From an uncultured archaeon (GTDB taxonomy: Archaea > Nanobdellota > Nanobdellia > Pacearchaeales > GW2011-AR1): 44,099 nucleotides of DNA. Positions 29,214-37,496 of this stretch are shown here, piece after piece (within the stretch, counting starts at the first letter, position 1; each line of letters starts with the position of its first letter). Location of the stretch: NCBI GenBank assembly GCA_903873955.1, contig CAIQQL010000042.1:1-44099 (forward strand), in the 5' to 3' direction. Under the pieces are notes generated by a model. It had not been told where the DNA came from. It saw nothing but the letters and a program-made list of their open reading frames with translations, and searched no databases. The translations under genes and the position numbers were made by a program.

Positions 29214-29711
29214 ATGAAAGAAGAAGACCTGAGCTACATAAGAAAAGCCCACCAGGAGCATCCAAAAAAAGCAAACAAAGCCTATCGAAAATGGGATGGC
29301 AAGACCCCCTACTACACCCATCCCCTCTGGTGTGCAACGACCATCCTCACTGAGACCTCACTCGATGAAACCACCCGAAATGAGGGCGCTCAGGTCCTTC
29401 TTTATCATGACCTCTTGGAGGATACTACCTTCGACCTCCCTTCAACACTCGAAGAGAGAGTACGAGAGCTCATCAAGGAAATGACTTTTGCAGGAGGAAG
29501 CGTAGAAGAAATGCAGAAGATATGGGAAAGACCTGCGGTGATCAGGCTTTACAAACTCTATGATAAAGTCAGTAATCTTCTGGATGGTTCTTGGATGCCA
29601 GAACAAAAAAGGCAAAGATACGAAACATACACTCAAGCACTGTGCAAGGATGTTGAAAGAAACTACGGAACACTCAACATAACTAAGATTGCACGAGGCA
29701 TCCTTAAATGA
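29214..29711 (+). CDS. HD-domain hydrolase of the SpoT/Mesh1 small-alarmone-hydrolase type
   Basis: RK....PYYTHP, HDLLEDT and KLYDKVSN motifs. Confidence 0.8.
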   Translation: MKEEDLSYIRKAHQEHPKKANKAYRKWDGKTPYYTHPLWCATTILTETSLDETTRNEGAQVLLYHDLLEDTTFDLPSTLEERVRELIKEMTFAGGSVEEMQKIWERPAVIRLYKLYDKVSNLLDGSWMPEQKRQRYETYTQALCKDVERNYGTLNITKIARGILK

Positions 29712-30577
29712 CTTATTCTGCCCTAACTCATACCTTCTCCCATAAACAGGCAGGAAATGGATTTTTTACTATCGCGCTCCAGTTTACTAGAACCTGCAAT
29801 TATCGATGCAGCCATTGCAGCGAGAGTAGCCCTCTGGAAAGTCTACCCACTAAACAGGTATACAAAATCATAGACAACCTTGCCCATGCAGGAATCAAAC
29901 GCGTGAATATTTCAGGAGGTGAGCCTACCTTGAGAGAAGACTGGTTAGACCTTATAGACTACATATCTCAAAAAAAATTGTATTCGAGCCTTGCCACGAA
30001 CTGCTCAACAATTACACCGCAGACCTTACAAGCATTACGGGGGAAAATATCAAATCTGCGCGTGAGCATCTATGGAAATGAAAGGACCCACGAGGCAATT
30101 ACAACAGTCCCCGGTAGTTTTCAAAGGACCAGAGAGACAGCGAAAAAAAGCCAGGAGATAGGAATTCCAACCTATGCCTGTATGACTGTAATGCAAGACA
30201 ACCTGGAACAAATAGCAGAGGTCAGGAACATATGCAGGGAAGTCGGTATGGAAAAGCTGTTGCTATATTCTTTGGTTCCCAAGGGCAGAGGCTCCGAGAT
30301 ATATCCGTCTCAAAGAGTATCAAAAGAGCAGGTCCAAACCCAGATCTCGAAAATCGCTCCAGACACACCGGAGATTTACTGGTCTCCTTTTGAGGATGAT
30401 GGAATTTGCGCCCTTATTCAGGCAGATGGCTCGTTGGTAGCAACACCCTATCAAGGTGAACCCTCGAGGATTAAACTAGTAGGCTGGCCCCTCAAAGAAA
30501 GCTTGACCGAACTCTGGGAAAAGTATCCTTTTAAGGAAAATTATCTCGCTTTCAACAAGGAGAAGATGAAATGCTAA
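29708..30577 (+). CDS. Radical SAM protein with Cys-poor SPASM/twitch-like C-terminal extension
   Basis: CNYRCSHC, SGGEP, TN, VSIYG and GRG; ATGA overlap with the HD gene. Confidence 0.9.
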   Translation: MTYSALTHTFSHKQAGNGFFTIALQFTRTCNYRCSHCSESSPLESLPTKQVYKIIDNLAHAGIKRVNISGGEPTLREDWLDLIDYISQKKLYSSLATNCSTITPQTLQALRGKISNLRVSIYGNERTHEAITTVPGSFQRTRETAKKSQEIGIPTYACMTVMQDNLEQIAEVRNICREVGMEKLLLYSLVPKGRGSEIYPSQRVSKEQVQTQISKIAPDTPEIYWSPFEDDGICALIQADGSLVATPYQGEPSRIKLVGWPLKESLTELWEKYPFKENYLAFNKEKMKC

Positions 30578-31428
30578 CCTCGGAGGAGACAAAGAAGATA
30601 GTTAACGAGGGTAGACTAACACGACTTTGTTGCAAGGTAGACCGCTTAGGAGCCTCATCATCCAGAGTCACTTACTCATCCGATTTTCAAAATAAAAAAT
30701 ACAAATTACGAAAATGCTTGGGTGCCGAAGATGCAAAAGCGATTGAGGAACGAGTGAAAGAGATAGCCCATCTAGGAGTCTCCCCCCATTACCTTGGACG
30801 CGACTTGGAATGGCTTTGTTTCGATTATTTGAGTCTCAGAGAGGCACAAAGAGAAGAATCACCTGCTTTTTGGGAGCATCTGGGAGGAAGCCTTGCTTTG
30901 CTGGAGTCAATACCTTCAAAAAAAGTAGATATCGCATTTACCGCATATCGAAGGCCGATAGAAGCAAAGGAATTTAGTGCCTATATCTTTCGTGCTGCTG
31001 AAGAGATCTCGAAAAAATCATACCTCGATAAAAAGGAAGTCCAAGCATTAAAGAATCGATTTGCCTACCTTCTTTCAAAAGGAGTCTCACATTGCATGGG
31101 ATATCTAGACTTGCTTCCCGGCAATGTCTTAGTGGATCAGGAGAAGAGCATCATCATTGATGAAGAGGGGTTTGCCCAGACTATAAAGGGTCTAAGCCTG
31201 ATCAGACCGATGAACATCTGGAAAGGTCAACCTCCTCACCAAGAACTTAGAGGGAATGTACGTGAGAGCTTCCTTAAAGGATATGCATTAAAGGGTGGCG
31301 ATAGAGCATATTATGAAGAACATGAACAGAATCTCGGAACAGTATATTACACCCTGAAGGCATACGCAAGCATTGTTGAAAGCGGATCGTCCCATCGCTC
31401 AGTTGCCTGGCTTAAGAACCTCCTCTAA
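30571..31428 (+). CDS. APH/choline-kinase-like phosphotransferase
   Basis: Brenner-like DLLPGN motif followed by IIDEE; N-lobe YKLR; overlaps the radical SAM stop. Confidence 0.7.
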   Translation: MLTSEETKKIVNEGRLTRLCCKVDRLGASSSRVTYSSDFQNKKYKLRKCLGAEDAKAIEERVKEIAHLGVSPHYLGRDLEWLCFDYLSLREAQREESPAFWEHLGGSLALLESIPSKKVDIAFTAYRRPIEAKEFSAYIFRAAEEISKKSYLDKKEVQALKNRFAYLLSKGVSHCMGYLDLLPGNVLVDQEKSIIIDEEGFAQTIKGLSLIRPMNIWKGQPPHQELRGNVRESFLKGYALKGGDRAYYEEHEQNLGTVYYTLKAYASIVESGSSHRSVAWLKNLL

Positions 31429-31437
31429 CTTTTTTGA

Positions 31438-31965
31438 TCAGACAAGCGACTTCCAGTTCTCTTTATAGTACTGAAACTTTTTATTGAATTCCTCTTTAGG
31501 AGTCAGATTGATTTTAAGGGAACTAAGTTTCTGTTTCAACAAATCCACTTCTTTCTCCTTTGTGTCTTCAGAGCACATCTTCTCAAGTTCAATAATATAA
31601 CCATACCCTTTTGTGTAATCCAGACAAACGGTGATCCCTTCCCAGGCAAACTCAAAACGTTTCCTAAACCATTTTATCTCAACAGTGTACCCCAAAGCAA
31701 GAAACAGTTTCTCAAGATTTTCAAAATCCTCCTTATCGAACTTGACCTCTATCTCTTCTCTATGCTCATCGTGAATCTTGCCTTTTTTCATCCAGATCTT
31801 TGCATAAAAATTGTTCCTCTGGATTCTAAGGTCCTCATCGCCATCAAAGTAGAACGTTTCCTGATAGTCCTCTTTAGAAAGTTTCGCATGGCTTTTAAAA
31901 AATTCAATCAACGAAGCATATTGTTCTCGGGTGATAAAGCTCCTTACCTCTGCTTCAATATTCAT
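31438..31965 (-). CDS. CYTH-domain (class IV adenylate cyclase/triphosphatase) protein
   Basis: N-terminal IEAEVR (ExExK), DLRI, EEIE, CLD and IELE. Confidence 0.88.
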   Translation of the reverse strand: MNIEAEVRSFITREQYASLIEFFKSHAKLSKEDYQETFYFDGDEDLRIQRNNFYAKIWMKKGKIHDEHREEIEVKFDKEDFENLEKLFLALGYTVEIKWFRKRFEFAWEGITVCLDYTKGYGYIIELEKMCSEDTKEKEVDLLKQKLSSLKINLTPKEEFNKKFQYYKENWKSLV

Positions 31966-32033
31966 CCTGGAAAGAAGCAGCGAGTAATTAATAAAACTTT
32001 AGATACCCTAGGAGGGAGTGCATAAATGGAGCC

Positions 32034-32456
32034 TTACTTTTCCAGAAACCGTTTTTTCAATACGTCGAGCTCAACCTTTGGAATTTCTTTAAAGACGTCC
32101 TTCTCAAAAATCTGACTTTTTTCATACAGCTCGTCAAAAAGCGCACGAGGTTGCAGATGGACATGCAGGTGATGTACTTTTAGCTTGTCCTCTTTTTGAA
32201 ATGGCCGATAATTTATTCGGACGTCGCATCCTGATGCGATTTTATCCAAGATTTGTTGCTGGAACTCAATAACCGTATCGAAGAGTTCTTGCTGTTCAAT
32301 AGAGGTCAACTCCTTCAGTCTTTCAACATGCCGTTTAGGCACGACCAAAAGGTGACCTGGCATCAAACGAGGGTTACTGAATATGACCCTCACAGTTTCC
32401 CCTTCTTTTAAAGTCCGCGTTATTTCCAAATTGAGATCACAAAAAGGACAGCCCAT
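32034..32456 (-). CDS. HIT-family nucleotide hydrolase
   Basis: CPFC, PGHLLVVPKRH and HLHVH. Start at MGCPFC is supported by a TATA-like box about 22 nt upstream. Confidence 0.9.
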   Translation of the reverse strand: MGCPFCDLNLEITRTLKEGETVRVIFSNPRLMPGHLLVVPKRHVERLKELTSIEQQELFDTVIEFQQQILDKIASGCDVRINYRPFQKEDKLKVHHLHVHLQPRALFDELYEKSQIFEKDVFKEIPKVELDVLKKRFLEK

Positions 32457-32591
32457 ACATGCAACAGGATACATTTATTTAAAGGGTTTGTGCTTAGATT
32501 AGTCTAGAAGGAATGAGGAAAGAGATGGAGAATTTACCCAGCACAGCTGGGGGAAAAAAGATCAAGGAACACCAAAAAAAGAGAGAGAACA

Positions 32592-34394
32592 ATGTTAAAA
32601 AACAGAAGAATAGATGAATTTATCACAACGATCATTGTCTTGAGTTTAATCTTAGTGGCATTAGTTTTCAGTTATGCACTCTCAAACTATCCCGTGGGTC
32701 AGCTGATGCTCATAGCCGCAATCTTTGTCGGTTCCTTAGAACTGATCAAAATCACCTGGGAAAATCTTATGCACAGGAGATACAGCATCGATTATATCGC
32801 CATTTTGGCAATTACCATCGCATTATTGACACAGGAGTATCTTGCAGGATCAGTCATCGTATTGATGCTCTCAGGAGGCAATGCCCTTGAGAGATATGCC
32901 TCAAAAAAGGCAAGAGAATCATTGACAAAGCTGACACAAAGGATACCGAATGAGGTGTTCTTGTTTGAAAACGGAAAGGTGGGTGAAAAAGTAGCCATAA
33001 ATGATGTGAGGATTGGAAACCGCATCTTGATACGAAGAGGAGAAGTTATCCCGCTTGACGGGATATTACTTTCAGAAACTTCAAGAGCGGATGAGTCCTC
33101 CTTGACAGGAGAACCATTCTTAATAGACAAGGTGAACGGAGACCTTATCCGAAGCGGGACAATAAATGTTGGACCCCCGATGGTCATCAGAGTTATAAAA
33201 GAAAACCGCGATTCAACATACACCAAAATCATTGAAATGGTCAAGAAAGCCCAAGAAGAGAAGCCCAGGCTCGTACGACTTGCATCAAAATATAATATCC
33301 TGTTTACAATCGTCACTTTGCTTATTGCATTACTCACCTACCTGTTCAGCCATGACTACAAAAATGTCTTGGCAGTATTGGTTATTGCAACCCCTTGTCC
33401 GTTAATATTAGCCACACCTATCGCATTGATTGGAGGTATGAATTCAGCCGCGAAAAGGAAAATCATCATCAAACGGCTCTCAAGTCTCGAGGTGTTATCC
33501 AGGGTAGATGCATTGATATTTGACAAGACAGGCACTCTAACCTTGGGAAAACCACAGTTGATTTCAATAGAGCTGAAGAATACTAAACTGAAGGAAAAAG
33601 ATATCCTTGCTCTCGCTGCTGCAATAGAGCATAACTCATTACATCCTATCGCCAAGTCCATAGTCCATGCTGCACGATTAGCCCGAGTTAAAAAGTTAAA
33701 GGTTACACAGATAGAGGAGATAATCGGCTCGCACATTGCAGGAGCAATCAATGGAAAGAGGTACATCTTAATCAAACCAATAAACCATCATCGAGCATCC
33801 CTGGAGGTTTATGAGGAAACCAAAGGAAAACGAACGCTTCTGGCAGCGATGTATTTTGAAGACAAATTGAAAAATGACACCAAGAAGATCATAACTGAGC
33901 TTAGCAATGATGATTTGATTATGAAGATCCTTACGGGAGATAAAAATGAAACAACAAAAGCATTGGTTGAAAAAATATCAAAAAATATCGATTGGAAGGC
34001 TGAATGCACACCGGAGGATAAACAAAAAGAGATTGACACGTTAAGGTCAGAAGGACATATTGTGGCCATGGTTGGAGATGGGATCAACGATGCACCGGCG
34101 CTCGCCAAAGCTGATGTCGGGCTCGTCTTCAGTCATGAAGACAGAACTGCCGCTTCGGAAGCTGCAGATGTGGTCTTTTTAGGAGGAGATTTTTCAAGTG
34201 TTTACGATGCATTGAAGATCTCGAAACAAACCGTAAAAATTGCAAAGCAAAGCATCCTAGTCGGCATTAGCTTAAGCACGATAGGCATGCTTTTTGCCGC
34301 ATTTGGTTTTATCGTGCCCATTGCAGGAGCATTTATCCAGGAAGCGATTGACATCGCAGTCATTTTTAATTCATTAAGAACGAGCAGGTATTGA
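32592..34394 (+). CDS. Heavy-metal P1B-type ATPase (P1B-5-like)
   Basis: LTGE, TPCP, DKTGT, HP, TGD, GDGIND and QEAID. Confidence 0.93.
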   Translation: MLKNRRIDEFITTIIVLSLILVALVFSYALSNYPVGQLMLIAAIFVGSLELIKITWENLMHRRYSIDYIAILAITIALLTQEYLAGSVIVLMLSGGNALERYASKKARESLTKLTQRIPNEVFLFENGKVGEKVAINDVRIGNRILIRRGEVIPLDGILLSETSRADESSLTGEPFLIDKVNGDLIRSGTINVGPPMVIRVIKENRDSTYTKIIEMVKKAQEEKPRLVRLASKYNILFTIVTLLIALLTYLFSHDYKNVLAVLVIATPCPLILATPIALIGGMNSAAKRKIIIKRLSSLEVLSRVDALIFDKTGTLTLGKPQLISIELKNTKLKEKDILALAAAIEHNSLHPIAKSIVHAARLARVKKLKVTQIEEIIGSHIAGAINGKRYILIKPINHHRASLEVYEETKGKRTLLAAMYFEDKLKNDTKKIITELSNDDLIMKILTGDKNETTKALVEKISKNIDWKAECTPEDKQKEIDTLRSEGHIVAMVGDGINDAPALAKADVGLVFSHEDRTAASEAADVVFLGGDFSSVYDALKISKQTVKIAKQSILVGISLSTIGMLFAAFGFIVPIAGAFIQEAIDIAVIFNSLRTSRY

Positions 34395-34423
34395 ATACAG
34401 ATTCTCGAGACTAGGACTCCTGA

Positions 34424-35281
34424 TCAGTTCATCTGGGAAATGATGGAGTGATTAATCTGTTTTGCCATGTTTAGATTCTTGGTAACACTGAGCTTAATTT
34501 CTATCTTGAGGTTTATGATCTCAGAAAATTCATTGATGTCTAGTTTTTCCAGGCTTTTTGTTTTCTTATAGCATCGATCCAGCAGAGACACAATCTCAGG
34601 AGGATATCTACTTTGCACAACTAAATCACCATACGTCCCAACAAGATACTCCTTTTCGAAAGAAGCCGAAGAAGGAATAATCGCCACTTTTACCCCGATC
34701 TTTTTATAAAATGACGCTGCGGCCTTGTCCAGGGAGGTATTTCCTGTGGAAAGAGCATAGGAGGTGACTCCTAGGCCCTGCATTTTACCCATGATCTTCT
34801 TCTCCATCTCAGGATAGAGAAGGACTTCCCAGATATGGGCAGATTGATAGCAGTTCACGGGATAATCTCCTTTTTTGTATCCCTGGAGCCAGGAGTCTAT
34901 CAAATTCTCCCAGAATTTCATCATTGACCCCAAAGAGTCAAACGTAAAGATAGAAATCTCCTGACCAATAGCATCAAACTTCTTCGGCTTTTCTTTTTCT
35001 TCGTAGATTGTGCAATACAGTTCATCAATTGTCTTTTTAGCTTCCTGCACCCATTGCTTGTTTATCGAAAAACTGTTTCCATCCTTAATCAATACTTTTT
35101 CCTCGACTAGTTCTAAAACCGCTTTTCTAACGGCCTGAAACGTGATGGCCCTGCCATAACGTTTGCGGATAAAATTCGTGAGTTCAATAAGCTTTAAAGG
35201 ATATTCTTTAGTCAATAAGGTAAAGACCAGATTTTTCACGCTGTCTTTCTTACCAAGGGGCAAGGTAATTTGTAAACTCAT
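34424..35281 (-). CDS. Putative transcriptional regulator (N-terminal winged HTH + C-terminal effector domain)
   Basis: Helix-turn-helix ITFQAVRKAVLELVEEKVL followed by a beta-wing (IKDGNSFSIN); divergent from the SDR-like gene. Confidence 0.65.
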   Translation of the reverse strand: MSLQITLPLGKKDSVKNLVFTLLTKEYPLKLIELTNFIRKRYGRAITFQAVRKAVLELVEEKVLIKDGNSFSINKQWVQEAKKTIDELYCTIYEEKEKPKKFDAIGQEISIFTFDSLGSMMKFWENLIDSWLQGYKKGDYPVNCYQSAHIWEVLLYPEMEKKIMGKMQGLGVTSYALSTGNTSLDKAAASFYKKIGVKVAIIPSSASFEKEYLVGTYGDLVVQSRYPPEIVSLLDRCYKKTKSLEKLDINEFSEIINLKIEIKLSVTKNLNMAKQINHSIISQMN

Positions 35282-35339
35282 TAAACTTAAAAGTTATATA
35301 AATAATTTAAACCTTTTGGTTTAATATCCATTTAACCAA
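35281..35339. promoter_or_regulatory. Divergent promoter with repeated TTAAACY half-sites
   Basis: TTAAACC-TTTT-GGTTTAA at 35307-35324, related half-sites at 35281 and 35331, and TATATAAA at 35295-35302. Confidence 0.5.
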
Positions 35340-35372
35340 GAAGATATAATCTCTTTTTGTTACTACTCTATT

Positions 35373-36179
35373 ATGATAATAGAAAACAACACAAATGGGC
35401 CAGGACTAGAAAAGAAGCTTATCCTCATAGCTGGGGCGACTGGAGGCATTGGAAATGCATTCTATCAATACTTCGTAAAACAGCCACACAACCAATGTCT
35501 AGGCATAGGGCGCAAAGAAGGATACGGGCCGGGCCATATCAAACTGGACCTTCTCAACGCTGAAAAGGTAAAAGAAACCGTTGAGCAGATGGATCTCCAA
35601 AACACCTCTGAGATCTTATGCATCCATACAATCGGCATTGATAAATTTGAGTTCAGTGGAAAACCAGACATCGACCAAGATGGCGATGGAATTGATGATG
35701 AAGTATACGCATCAAACGTGAGAACATTCACTAATCTGGCACACCCCCTCATAGACCGCTCGCTAAAGATGAAGATTGCGGTACATTTTGTAGGCGTTGC
35801 CTCCATTAGCGATATCTACAAAGTACCCTTCTGGCAATCCTACTCACGCTCCAAAGATGAATTGAGAAAGTTCATGCGCCAGACTCCCTCGAATGTTAGG
35901 GGAACTATGCTCAATGTAAGCAGCGTCAATACCAATCTAGAACAGTATCATAGACCCTTTGCCGAACGTACATACTGGCTATATCCAGATGATCTTGTCA
36001 CAAAGGCAATACCTCTTATAGAACGAACAGGCATAAAATATGTCGAAGCAGACATATTCAACCCTAGCCCGGATTATACTCCAGATTATTTCACCAATCA
36101 TCAAAAATTATTAGCTAAATGGTTGAAGGAGATGGGTTTTAAAAATAACCTTCAGCAACCTTCGCATTTGAGAATATAA
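35373..36179 (+). CDS. Atypical short-chain dehydrogenase/reductase
   Basis: LIAGATGGIG Rossmann motif, ASIS and YSRSK (YxxxK); DQDGDG insertion. Confidence 0.7.
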   Translation: MIIENNTNGPGLEKKLILIAGATGGIGNAFYQYFVKQPHNQCLGIGRKEGYGPGHIKLDLLNAEKVKETVEQMDLQNTSEILCIHTIGIDKFEFSGKPDIDQDGDGIDDEVYASNVRTFTNLAHPLIDRSLKMKIAVHFVGVASISDIYKVPFWQSYSRSKDELRKFMRQTPSNVRGTMLNVSSVNTNLEQYHRPFAERTYWLYPDDLVTKAIPLIERTGIKYVEADIFNPSPDYTPDYFTNHQKLLAKWLKEMGFKNNLQQPSHLRI

Positions 36180-36200
36180 TGAAAGGAGGTAGCAACTAAT

Positions 36201-36497
36201 GTGAAAAATCAAATAAAAATTCTCGGACCAATCACTTTCGCATGCCTTCTCTTGGAGGGGTGTGGTCTAGAGGACAAGGTCATGCAGGAGAGAACATTTA
36301 GTGGAGGGGGATTTTTGCAGGCTGTGGGGGAACTGAGTTATTATAGCTCTGCCCATAAAAAAACCTTCTATGTTCACGGTATAAGCACATGGAGAGATTA
36401 TCCCTGCCAAGGACCTATAAAACCACTTCCACGAGCCGAAGTAAAAGAATATACCTCTGGAAAGATAACTGTGGATCTGTATTTTCCTAAAAGATAA
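36201..36497 (+). CDS. Hypothetical lipoprotein-like secreted protein
   Basis: GTG start with strong SD GAAAGGAGG; signal-like N-terminus ending LEGC. Confidence 0.55.
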   Translation: MKNQIKILGPITFACLLLEGCGLEDKVMQERTFSGGGFLQAVGELSYYSSAHKKTFYVHGISTWRDYPCQGPIKPLPRAEVKEYTSGKITVDLYFPKR

Positions 36498-36559
36498 CCT
36501 CCCCCTAACTTCCATAAAACCGGAGGAGAGATTATATACTTCCAGTCTCTTCTGTGGTG

Positions 36560-37384
36560 ATGGGTGCAAGAGCCGTAAAACTCCCCGATGGAACTGAAGA
36601 GAAGGAATATCTTTTTGGGTTAATCAGAAAAACCAGGCCAAAGTTTAAGTATTTCTGGCAAAAAAACGCAGAGATGAGCTATTTCTCGCCGAAGTTTTAT
36701 CCCCATGACTATGAGGGCAAGAATTACGACGAACGAAAGAAACATGCATATGGTGATGCCAAGAACACACGCCAGTTTTATCAAGACCTAATTGACAAAG
36801 GAGTATTTCCAAAGGGCGCAAAAGTCAAGGTGAAAAGAATCAGACACGAAGACGGATTTGGATTGGAATTTTTTATACCCCATTTACGACCTTTGCCAGG
36901 ACATACTTCCTTGAGATATGTCTTTACAGATACTCCCAACTCCCAGGATCGGCAGATAGCACATAAGCTTGAAGAAGGGATTACCCGATGCAAGAAAGAG
37001 ATTGAAGAAACCGCTAAACGGTATGACTATGCTGGAGGATTGAATGAAGATGTGGGGTATAGGAGAAATTATGGTCTTGATAAATCAGGAGAGGTGAGAA
37101 TCCATGATGTCCATATATTATCTGGAAGTTTACCGAGCAAGTTCAAATTAGAGAGCGGAAAAACAATCGGGCAGTTCTATGGCCTCCATAGAGAAAGAAA
37201 CCTTGAAAGAAGAGCCGTTCTCCCGATCCTGCTCATTTTAGTAGCTGCAGGTTTAAGTCTGTATGGACATGAAACGCAGGGTCTTATCATCAAAGATTTA
37301 CCCAACCCAACAAACCTTTTTTTCATCCCTCTAGCAATCCTGTTTATTGTTATGATCTGGGTAGGATATAGATTAAATAAATGA
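36560..37384 (+). CDS. Hypothetical protein with basic soluble domain and C-terminal 2-TM hairpin
   Basis: Long ORF with two hydrophobic segments at the C-terminus; TTATATA about 25 nt upstream of ATG 36560. Confidence 0.7.
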   Translation: MGARAVKLPDGTEEKEYLFGLIRKTRPKFKYFWQKNAEMSYFSPKFYPHDYEGKNYDERKKHAYGDAKNTRQFYQDLIDKGVFPKGAKVKVKRIRHEDGFGLEFFIPHLRPLPGHTSLRYVFTDTPNSQDRQIAHKLEEGITRCKKEIEETAKRYDYAGGLNEDVGYRRNYGLDKSGEVRIHDVHILSGSLPSKFKLESGKTIGQFYGLHRERNLERRAVLPILLILVAAGLSLYGHETQGLIIKDLPNPTNLFFIPLAILFIVMIWVGYRLNK

Positions 37385-37496
37385 ATTTTTCTCTCGTCCT
37401 CAAATCCATAAATATAAGCAAGACCTGAAGGTTTCTTGCTATCAGAGGTCCAGTTAGTATAACAACGGTTAAATAATTGGCATGCAAACTTAAGGT

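Noticed and set aside
29708..30577. Calling the radical SAM protein a true viperin
   Set aside because: It lacks the viperin N-x-H, KIN and RWK residues, so it is kept only as a viperin-like hypothesis.
32792..34108. Long antisense ORFs within the P-type ATPase (and similar ones in purL, cysS and the helicases)
   Set aside because: They are shadow frames of well-supported genes and carry no motifs of their own.
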